Positions 50,701-57,924 of a stretch of DNA of 64,000 nt are shown piece after piece. Location: contig CAVXNH010000073.1 in the NCBI GenBank assembly GCA_963762885.1, positions 21,993-85,992 on the forward strand. The letters run 5' to 3'. The position numbers were made by a program, and so were the translations under genes. Source of the DNA: an uncultured Alphaproteobacteria bacterium (GTDB lineage Bacteria > Pseudomonadota > Alphaproteobacteria > Acetobacterales > Acetobacteraceae). Position 1 is the stretch's first letter, and each line of letters begins with the position of its first letter. Under the pieces are notes generated by a model. It saw only the letters and a program-made list of their open reading frames with translations, made no database searches and was not told where the DNA came from.

Positions 50701-53700
50701 GCGCCCAGGTCCAGTACCCGGTTCTGGAAGTAGTCCTGCGCCGCACTCAGTGTGGTGAACGTCGGGGGGGCGGCCATCTGCGTGCCGCCGACAGTCACGG
50801 TAAAGGTCAGCGAGGTGAACCCGCCGCCATAAGCATTGTTGCCTACAAGGCCGAGGAGCAGGTCTGCGGTCGGGCCATTCAGCGTGAAGCTGTCGGTGCT
50901 GGTCAGGGTCTCCTGCCCGCTCGCGCCGGTGGTCGCGTAGCCGCCTTGCATGCCGTAGCCCAGGATCGTCGCATTCGGCACCCCGAGCTGCGCCTCGATC
51001 GCCGGGTCGGGCTCGCCGGAGAAGACACCGGTGCCGTTCAGGATGCTGCCGAGCTGGCCGCTGTTCGACGCCAACACCCCCACGGCTGCGTAGACGCTGT
51101 TTTGCGCCTCATTGGAGCCAGGTTCCCCCCAGAAATCGGCACTGAGGCTGTTGATGTTGGCGCTGCTGACCGCCGTCACATAGCTGCCCGCGGTCGCGTC
51201 GGCCGTTGCCTCGTCCCCGCTCACCCCGCCGGTGCCGCCCGACGTGCTCGCCGTCGACTTTGCCTCGTTGTCGATTTCGGTACCGCCGGAGGCAATCGAC
51301 GTCGCCGTGGCCTGCTGCCCCGCCGCCGTGATGGCCGTGGATGTGGCATCCGCCTTGCCCTTCGCCGCACCCGAGCCGCCGCCGATGGCGTCCGAGACGG
51401 CGGTGGCGGCGCCAGTGGCGATGGCGTCCGTGCCGGAGGTCGCTGTGCCCGTGGCGATGGCCGTGGCATTTCCGTTCTCGCCGGTGGTCAAGCCCGCGCC
51501 GCCGGCGCCGCCGAACGCGGTCGCCTTGGAGGTCACCGCCGTCGCACCCGTCATGTCGCTGGTGGCTTTGCCGTCGGCGCCGTTCGCGCCCGCGGAGCCG
51601 GCGACGAGGGCGCCGCCCACGTACGAGTTGCCGCCGGCGCCTGCATCACCGATGGCGTAACCGGTCAACGAGCTGGCCTGCGTCGGATTGTTGTCGTCAT
51701 TGAAGTCAAGAATTGAGGTGGCTTTCCCACCGGTCCCGCCAGCGCCGGTTGTGCTGCCGCCACCCGCGCCGCCGTTCGCCCTCTGCGTGAGCGTCAGGGA
51801 GCCTCCGTACGGAGCATCATTGACCGTATGCGTTCTGCCGGTCGCGTCATCCTTCAGGTAACTGTACGCGCCGCTGCCGCCGCTCGCGCTCTTGTTCGTG
51901 CCGTCCACGTTTGAGCCGATGCCGCCGGCACCGCCGTACTGGAGGACGCGGGCATAGGCCGAATAGCCGCTCGCGTAAGCGGTGGTGAGACCAGCCCCAT
52001 CGATCCCGCCGGCGTTACCGAACCCGCCGCCGGCGCCGGCCTGCTGCCCGTACGTGTTGGAATTCCCGCCGGTACCGCCGAATGCCTCGCCACGAGCAAC
52101 CGTCCTGCCGCCGGCTCCCTGTCCCGTCGCGATTGCCGAGGCGGTGGCCTGGGTCGCTGCTCCGCCCTGGCTGCCGCTCGTGCCAAGCGCGGCCGTGTTG
52201 CTGCCGCCCATACCGCCGTTCGCGGCGGCCCCGCTCACGACATAGTCGCTCCCCGTCGTTGTGCTGGTCGCCTTCGAGGTCGCGATCGCGGCGCCGCCGG
52301 CAGCGGTTGGACCCGTGCCGTTGCCGGTGGAGCCGCCCGCTCCGCCGGTGGCGGTGGCCGAAAGATCGACGGCGAGATTGCCGGTCAGGTTCAGGTAAGC
52401 CGATGCGGCGCCGCCCACCACGCCGGCGGTTGCGCCGCCGACGCCGTCGACGCCGCCGCCAGCCCCACCCGTGGCGGTGACGGTGCCGGTTACCTGGCTC
52501 GCGTCCGTATATGTGAAGGGTCCGAGATATGAACTCGCGGTTCCCGCGGCTCCGGCGGTGCCGCCATCGCTGTTGCCGCCCGCGCCGCCGATTGCGGTCT
52601 GCGACAGGGTTAGATTTCCGCCATACGTCCGGCCGACGACCTGGTCGTTCAGCGTGCTGCTCGCACCTTTGCCGGCGGTGCCGTAATCGCCGGCACCGTT
52701 GCCGCTGGTCCCGCCCGCGCCGCCTAGCTGCATGATGCTCGCGCTGGCCGAATACCCGATCGCCGTCGCCTTCTCGATGCCACCGAACGTGCCACCCGCG
52801 CCGCCATGCGTGCTGCTGCCGCCGTTGACGTCACCGCCCCCCGCCCCGCTGTTCACATCCACGGCCGCGTTCGCCAGGCCGCCGATCCTCGGGTTGGTCT
52901 GGGTCGCCACCGCGGTCGCGCCGGTGACCGCGCCGCCCGCCCCTCCGTTGCCGTTCGCGCTGGAGCCACCGCCGTTCGCGGCGTACACGGTGGTGCCGGC
53001 GGTCACGCCGTCGCCCGCGGTCGTCGTGCTGGTCGCCGAGCTGGTCGCGTAAACCGTGCCGGCCGCCGCCCCGTTGCCGCTACCGAACGCACTGCCGCCG
53101 GCTCCGCCGTGGTCGGTCGCCCCCGCGTACGCCTCGGCTTTGACCGCATGGGGGCCGGTCACATTGACCGTCGCATAGGCATTCGCGCCGATGGCGGCAA
53201 TGCCGGTGCCGCCGGAGGAGCCGCCAGACCCGCCGACCGCGGTGCTGCTGCCCCTTACGTACACGGTACCCGGAGTGGTGGTGCTAAACGTAAGATACGA
53301 TTTGCCGTAGCCGGCCGCCCCGCCCGAACCGTCGCTACCGCCGCCGCCGTTGCCGCCGTCCGCCGCCTGGCCGAGATAAAGGTTTCCGTCGGTGGCCGAG
53401 CCGGTGACCCCGTTAACCAGCTTGCTGTGAGCGCCTGCGCCACCCGCGGCCCCTACCCCACTGCCACCGCCGCCCGAGCCGCCGTATTGAAATGCCGAAG
53501 CAAAGGCGGACAAGCCGATCGCATCGACCGCTTGCTCGGTTGGCTGGCCGACAGTCAGCGACTGCGTGCCGATGGTCGCGTAACCGCCGTTGCCGCCCTT
53601 TTGGCCGGCGCCATAGCCGCCGCCGCCGACGCCACCCGTGGCAGTGGCTTTGGCCCGCGCCTGGCCCGACGGATTATTCGCATAGGCCGATGCGACACCG

Positions 53701-54344
53701 CTGCCGCCCGCGCCGCCGCTGTCCCCCTTACCGACGCTGCTCGTGCCAGTGCTTCCGGGAAGGCCTGCCTCACCGCTGTACCCGCCAGTGCCGGCCGCAT
53801 AGGCAAAAGCGATGGGCGGAGGCGGGGTGACCGTCGTGGGGACTGTGGTGTTCGTATAGGCGTAGCCCGCGCCACCTTGCCCGCTGGCGCCCCCGGCGCC
53901 GCCGGTTCCTCCATGCGGCGGGGTATAACCCTCACCGCCGCCGTTGCCGATGCCGCCGGTCACGTTGGTGGCGTTGTTGAAATCGCCGGGGAACGTCGCG
54001 GTGTCGCCGGTGTTCCTGAAGCTCGCGAGAGCGCCTGGCCCGCCTGGCCCCCCATTTGGATTGGCGCCCGTCGTCGCGTTGAACGGAGCCGTGCCCGTGG
54101 CACCGGTGACCGTTACGGTATAGTGACGTGGCGCCTGCTGATTTTTGTGTGCCGGACAATGGATCCTCCAATGAAGCAGCGCGGCCGCGCCCTCTGGAGG
54201 GGTTCGCGTCGAACGTCTTCTCTTGAGACAACGATAGCGGCGCCGCGACGCCTCTGCGTGGCGGTCATCGACTTCAATCGATGCACCAGATACGCCTGAT
54301 TTTATGCGATGGAAACTAAAAAATAATCTTTCGGCCAAAAGCAC
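47724..54344 (-). CDS. Giant (2206 aa) glycine-rich / beta-helix-repeat protein with a C-terminal Hint (bacterial intein-like) domain
   Basis: Uninterrupted 6.6-kb ORF. Residues ~90-1040 are Gly/Ala/Thr/Ser-rich modules. Residues ~1250-1880 are passenger-like repeats (GxLxIxxGAxV...VG..G.G). Hint begins at Cys1885 (CFCAGSLIRTPGGEVPVERLAVGDTVLT...VTKGHSLYLDG...VMVANGAPAES). The start is uncertain (GTG 54344 / TTG 54338) and there is no signal peptide. Confidence 0.85.
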   Translation of the reverse strand: MLLAERLFFSFHRIKSGVSGASIEVDDRHAEASRRRYRCLKRRRSTRTPPEGAAALLHWRIHCPAHKNQQAPRHYTVTVTGATGTAPFNATTGANPNGGPGGPGALASFRNTGDTATFPGDFNNATNVTGGIGNGGGEGYTPPHGGTGGAGGASGQGGAGYAYTNTTVPTTVTPPPPIAFAYAAGTGGYSGEAGLPGSTGTSSVGKGDSGGAGGSGVASAYANNPSGQARAKATATGGVGGGGYGAGQKGGNGGYATIGTQSLTVGQPTEQAVDAIGLSAFASAFQYGGSGGGGSGVGAAGGAGAHSKLVNGVTGSATDGNLYLGQAADGGNGGGGSDGSGGAAGYGKSYLTFSTTTPGTVYVRGSSTAVGGSGGSSGGTGIAAIGANAYATVNVTGPHAVKAEAYAGATDHGGAGGSAFGSGNGAAAGTVYATSSATSTTTAGDGVTAGTTVYAANGGGSSANGNGGAGGAVTGATAVATQTNPRIGGLANAAVDVNSGAGGGDVNGGSSTHGGAGGTFGGIEKATAIGYSASASIMQLGGAGGTSGNGAGDYGTAGKGASSTLNDQVVGRTYGGNLTLSQTAIGGAGGNSDGGTAGAAGTASSYLGPFTYTDASQVTGTVTATGGAGGGVDGVGGATAGVVGGAASAYLNLTGNLAVDLSATATGGAGGSTGNGTGPTAAGGAAIATSKATSTTTGSDYVVSGAAANGGMGGSNTAALGTSGSQGGAATQATASAIATGQGAGGRTVARGEAFGGTGGNSNTYGQQAGAGGGFGNAGGIDGAGLTTAYASGYSAYARVLQYGGAGGIGSNVDGTNKSASGGSGAYSYLKDDATGRTHTVNDAPYGGSLTLTQRANGGAGGGSTTGAGGTGGKATSILDFNDDNNPTQASSLTGYAIGDAGAGGNSYVGGALVAGSAGANGADGKATSDMTGATAVTSKATAFGGAGGAGLTTGENGNATAIATGTATSGTDAIATGAATAVSDAIGGGSGAAKGKADATSTAITAAGQQATATSIASGGTEIDNEAKSTASTSGGTGGVSGDEATADATAGSYVTAVSSANINSLSADFWGEPGSNEAQNSVYAAVGVLASNSGQLGSILNGTGVFSGEPDPAIEAQLGVPNATILGYGMQGGYATTGASGQETLTSTDSFTLNGPTADLLLGLVGNNAYGGGFTSLTFTVTVGGTQMAAPPTFTTLSAAQDYFQNRVLDLGAGTNGERVSVTQTLVTSTSGDGFEDGVLLGGAAITDLTWTGADGTGLGTSGDWQPVTVPDAHETLTFNLPTAGIMTGAATGMNAVFSGTGEWVLQNGAVLTLAGEGDPLAITDSGNLTVIASTIDASGSIDVDSTSDATMLVESGATINAEGVSVGAVTGDSGYLWEAGGDTVIQNTGADGSLQIGGGGTGEMTVADGATVTDAAVDILGVDAGGDGSLTVTGAASVVNAGGGIEVGDGGDGHLRIEDQATVFTGGNTAPPSQGFDIAVAAGSEGDATVSGLSLLSNTGQFVVGDAGLGSLAIQSGAAVETDPGTTGLPGAVIANQVGSDGSSVNVSGESSAWDVTGALDVGNAATGLLAITSGATVSAATLDDGVGATGAGIVTVSGPNADLTTTGTVSVGNSGSGELSILNGANVTIGGDLNIANAGSGTGNVDIEDTTGTITFDGNIWVGFNGFGVLNIGYGVDYIQNNGGISFGPDSSGAINSFADPSPFLSNADSNPLPIGATGVDQLAAYLFNSGELVIPNSHTLTFDTPIISGGGSFSLGSNDSLTLNAGTVSGQTFTLGSDDKLTIGIDALQTIDTPDSGTSFVTSTNTNYGTPSIDNFNGVIANFTAGDRIAVDTDGAATFSIDGSIVSVIQNGNTVGTLTVDVAAGTTLTTADFVDTNELCFCAGSLIRTPGGEVPVERLAVGDTVLTWDGGTRPITWIGVGRVLATRGRRSAATPVIVRKNALADNVPARDLHVTKGHSLYLDGVLIPVEFLVNHRSILWDDRAQEVSLYHVELDRHDVMVANGAPAESYRDDGNRWLFQNANSAWDQPPQATCAPVLTGGPIVDAAWTHLMDRAGPRPGQSLTEDPDLHLLVDGERIDASSRHGTAQVFALPDAHGCVSVMSRAGTPAELGMARDPRSLGVALRCIALRQGARFRVVEAEDARLIEGFHAFEVADGLRWTDGNATLSPTLFDGFDGAMELVLHVGGRTSYLADAAERRVA
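48303..48692 (-). other. Hint / bacterial intein-like (BIL) domain of the giant protein (residues ~1885-2014)
   Basis: The N-terminal nucleophile Cys codon lies at 48690-48692. The block pattern C-F-x-x-G-[ST]-x-I-x-T-x-x-G-x-x-x-V-E-x-L-x-x-G-D-x-V-x-T is typical of Hint_2-type domains. Confidence 0.7.
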
Positions 54345-54362
54345 ACGCTTTTATTTTGGGAC

Positions 54363-54377
54363 TGGCAATTATTTGGC
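54363..54377 (+). promoter_or_regulatory. Weak sigma-54-like -24/-12 element
   Basis: TGGCAATTATTTGGC, compared with the consensus TGGCAC-N5-TTGC (GG and GC at the correct spacing). It lies ~290 nt upstream of the sulfotransferase start inside the AT-rich spacer. It could be a chance match. Confidence 0.2.
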
Positions 54378-54664
54378 TGATTTTCGCCGCAATATTTTGG
54401 CCCAACGCATACATTTTCTGCAATGTATTTGGTGTTTTCGGTCGATTTACGGCAGTTTAACATGTTGATATTTATAGTGGATTATACCGTCACCACAACG
54501 GGCGTGCCACGCGGTCCGAAAGCCGTGATGGCCCCAGCCCTCTTGCCCGAAGGCAGTACATCGGCCGCACGTCCGAACAGCCGTGTCCGCCACCCCCGGC
54601 GGCGCTTGCGCGGCCGGCGGCATCCATGCGAAGGGCCAACCCTCCCTCAACGGGTCAGGATATA

Positions 54665-55492
54665 ATGGACAACGGCGTACACTTCATTTCCGGCCTGCCA
54701 CGCTCCGGCAGTACGCTGCTGGCTGGCATCTTGCGGCAGAATCCCCGGTTCCATGCCGGTATGACCAGCCCGGTCGGCTCGATGTACATGGCTCTCGAAA
54801 CCGCGATGAGCCGACGCAACGAGGCCGCGGTGTTTATCGACGACGTCCAGCGGCGCGCCGTGCTGAAGGGGCTATTTTCTAACTATTACGCAACGATCCA
54901 CCCGGAAAAGCTGGTGTTCGACACCAACCGCGCCTGGTGCACCAAATTGCCCGCCCTGGTGCAGCTTTTCCCCGCCGCCCGCATCATCTGCTGCGTGCGC
55001 AACATCGGCTGGATCATGGACTCGATCGAACGCCTGGTGCGCCGCAATGCTTTCGAACTGTCCGGGATGTTCGGCTTCGAGGCGGGCTTCACCGTCTATT
55101 CCCGCGTCAACCGCCTGGCCAGCAGCGACGGTCTGGTGGGGTATGCGCTGGATGCGCTGCGGGAGGCGTTCTTTGGCGAGCAAGCGCCCCGGCTGATCCT
55201 GGTGGAATACCAGGCGTTGACGCGCGCCCCGCGGGACACGATGCGTCACCTCTACGCCATGCTCGAAGAGCAGAATTTCGAGCATGATTTCGAAAATGTG
55301 GATTACCAGGCGGAGGATTTCGATAGTGCTCTGGGTGCCCGAGGTCTGCACACTGTCCGTCGCCGCGTAGAGTGGGTAGAACGGCAGAGCGTGCTACCGC
55401 CCGGTTTGTTCGAGCGTTTCTCGCAGGACATGTTCTGGCGGGTGCCCGACGCGAATATCCGCAACTTACCGATCATCCAGTTCGGCGGCTGA
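54665..55492 (+). CDS. Sulfotransferase-family protein (NodH-like)
   Basis: PAPS 5'-phosphosulfate-binding loop ISGLPRSGSTLL near the N-terminus; 275 aa. Confidence 0.7.
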   Translation: MDNGVHFISGLPRSGSTLLAGILRQNPRFHAGMTSPVGSMYMALETAMSRRNEAAVFIDDVQRRAVLKGLFSNYYATIHPEKLVFDTNRAWCTKLPALVQLFPAARIICCVRNIGWIMDSIERLVRRNAFELSGMFGFEAGFTVYSRVNRLASSDGLVGYALDALREAFFGEQAPRLILVEYQALTRAPRDTMRHLYAMLEEQNFEHDFENVDYQAEDFDSALGARGLHTVRRRVEWVERQSVLPPGLFERFSQDMFWRVPDANIRNLPIIQFGG

Positions 55493-55497
55493 AGGAT

Positions 55498-55524
55498 CTC
55501 CCCCTCCCACAAGGAGAGGGGGAG
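55498..55524. terminator. Hairpin between convergent sulfotransferase and DsbA-like genes
   Basis: ctccccctc-ccacaagga-gagggggag followed by aattcttc. Confidence 0.45.
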
Positions 55525-55566
55525 AATTCTTCGGTTCTTCTCTAGTCCTCGACCGCCCCGCTGCCG

Positions 55567-56307
55567 CTACTTCTTCGCCGCGGCCCGCGCGTCGGCGACC
55601 TCCTTCTTCAACTCCGCCAGGTCAAGTGCGCCGGGCACCATCGTGTCGCCGATGACCAGGGCCGGCGTGCCCTCGATCTCCAGCGTGTGCGCCAGCTTGA
55701 TGTTGGCGTCGATTCGCTGCTGCACCGCCGGTGAATCGATGTCGTGCGACAGCCTCGGCCAATCGAGCCCAAGCTTCTCCGCCGCGGCCTGGATCATCGG
55801 CAGCGTGGTATCCGACGGCAGTTGCATCACGGCATCGCGCAGCTTTTCGTAGCCGCCCTGCTGCTGCGCCGCGAGCAATGCCTTGGACCCCAGCGTGCTG
55901 GACGGTCCCAGGATCGGCAGATCCTTGTAGACCAGCTTCACGCCGTGGTCCTGCGCCAGGAACTTCCCCATCACCGGCTCCAACCGCCGGCAATAAGGGC
56001 AGCGCGTATCGAAGAACTCGACGATGGTGACGTCGCCGTGCGGGTTGCCGGTGACCGGATCGGCCGGCGTCACCAGCGCGTCGCGATTTGCCTCCAACGC
56101 CGCCTGCTGGCGCGCTCCATCGTCGGTCTGCAATGCCGCGACGGCATCCCGCAGGATGGATGGGTCGCTCTTCAATGCGTTGCGCATGATGGCGACGATT
56201 TCGGCGCGCTGCGCCGGGGTGAACAAGTCCGCGGCGGCGGCGCGTGGCGATGCGGGCAGGCAGGCCAACGCAAGCAGCAGGACGGAAGCACGGAACAGCC
56301 TGGTCAT
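55567..56307 (-). CDS. DsbA-family thiol:disulfide oxidoreductase (periplasmic)
   Basis: Signal peptide MTRLFRASVLLLALACLPASPRAAAA. Active site FFDTRCPYCRR. Confidence 0.85.
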   Translation of the reverse strand: MTRLFRASVLLLALACLPASPRAAAADLFTPAQRAEIVAIMRNALKSDPSILRDAVAALQTDDGARQQAALEANRDALVTPADPVTGNPHGDVTIVEFFDTRCPYCRRLEPVMGKFLAQDHGVKLVYKDLPILGPSSTLGSKALLAAQQQGGYEKLRDAVMQLPSDTTLPMIQAAAEKLGLDWPRLSHDIDSPAVQQRIDANIKLAHTLEIEGTPALVIGDTMVPGALDLAELKKEVADARAAAKK

Positions 56308-56469
56308 GGGTAATCCTCTCTGGGGCAGCGCCGGCAGTTGCCGGTGGTGACGAACGCGTTTATGGCACGGTCCCCCACCATGGCGATGCGGTCCTGCCAA
56401 ACCACGGCCGGCCGCCCGGAACAAGGATCGGCAAACTTGCGGAGCAGGCTATCGGTCCCGGCGCGGGGC

Positions 56470-57911
56470 ATGCGCGCTAGTCTAGCGGTTTGGCGCGCGT
56501 TCGTCCTGTCGGCACTCACGCTGGGTAACGCGGCCTGCGGCTCGATGCCGAATCTGAACCCGTTCGCCGGCCCGACGGCGCCGCCGGAGGGTCAGCAGGG
56601 GCACGTCCAGGGCTTCCTGGGCGGGGTGGTCGCCGACGAGCCACGCGCCGCGCTGACGGGGCGGGAGGCGCTGTCGGCCGGCGGCAACGCGGCGGACGCC
56701 GCGGTGGCCATGGGGTTCGCGCTCTCGGTTACGCTCCCCTCGCGCGCCGGCCTGGGTGCCGGCGGTGCCTGTCTGGCCTATGCCGCCGACAAGAAGTCGA
56801 TCAATGGCGGCGTGCCGGAGGCGGTGCTGTTCACGCCGACCGCCCCCCCAGTGCCGGGCCGAACGCCGACCGGCCGGCAGCGATGCCGATGCTGCCGCGC
56901 GGCCTTTACCTTCTCAGCGCGCGCTATGGCCACCGGCCGTTCGAGAGCCTGGTGGTGCCGGCGGAGCGGTTTGCCCGGTTCGGTGTGGCGACGTCGCGCG
57001 CGCTGGCGACGGACCTGGCCGTGGTCGCCGGCCCGTTGATGGCCGATCCGGGTGCTGCCGCGGTGTTCAGCCATAATGGCGTGCCGTTGCGCGACGGCGA
57101 CCCGCTGGTGCAACTCGACCTCGCCGCGACCCTGTCGCAGCTTCGGGTGGCGGGAGTCGGAGACTTGTACCAGGGCTCGCTGGCCCGGCGGCTGGAGCAG
57201 CAGTCGCCACTGGTGGGAGGGCCGCTGTCGCTGAGCGACCTGCGGGGCGCGCTGCCGTCGCTAGCGCCGGCGCTGATCGTGCCGTGGCGCAGCGACCAGG
57301 TGGCGTTCCTGCCGCCGCCCGCGGATGGCGGGCTGGCGGCCGCGGCGGCGTTCGACACTTTGCAGCGGAGTCCGGGTGACTACAGCGGCGCCACGGCACG
57401 AGCCCTGTCAGTCGCGGCGCTCTGGCGGGCGGGTGGCGCGACGCCGGACTCATTGCTGAAGGACACCGCATTGCCTGCGGCCGGGCTGCCGCTGCTGCCG
57501 GCCTCCACGACCTGGGCGGCGCTGGATAAGGACGGCAATGCCGTCGTGTGTTCGGCTAGTCTGGACAATCTGTTCGGTACCGGACGCATCGTTCCCGGGC
57601 TGGGGTTCTTGCTCGCCGCCTCGCCGGCCAGCGTGCCGCTGCCGTTATTTTCCGCGGCGCTGGCCTGGAATGAGCACTTGAAGGCGTTCCGTGCCGCGGT
57701 CGGCGGCTCCGGCCAGGCGGGCGCGGCGGTGGCCACCGCCGCGGGGATGTTCAATACGCTGGTCACCGGCTTTGCGATGTCGACTCCGGTGCCCGACCCG
57801 GGCCGCGCCAACGTCATCGAGTGCGCCAGCTACCTGCCGGACCAGACCTCGAGCTGCCGCTGGGCGACCGACCCGCGCGGAGCCGGCCTGGCGGTGGGCA
57901 GCAGCAACTGA
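56470..57911 (+). pseudogene. ggt: Gamma-glutamyltransferase-family lipoprotein; frameshifted as assembled
   Basis: Lipobox [36 protein letters not shown]. The shift is inside the C7 run at 56843-56849. Continues ...[24 protein letters not shown]...LFGTGRIVPGLGFLL. Confidence 0.75.
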
Positions 57912-57924
57912 GCAGCGGGTCCGC

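Noticed and set aside
48042-54299. Several long plus-strand ORFs (48042-49493, 50418-51716, 52806-54299 and others) inside the giant gene
   Set aside because: They are antisense or off-frame products of a Gly-codon-rich (GGC/GCC) sequence. Their translations are Arg/Ala/Gly/Pro low-complexity sequence. The minus-strand frame is the only one open for the full 6.6 kb and the only one with recognisable domains.
47724-54344. RTX / type I secretion substrate interpretation of the giant protein
   Set aside because: Glycine is abundant, but it occurs as GGAGG/GGxGG patterns, not as repeated GGxGxDxUx nonapeptides. No T1SS ABC/MFP genes are adjacent.
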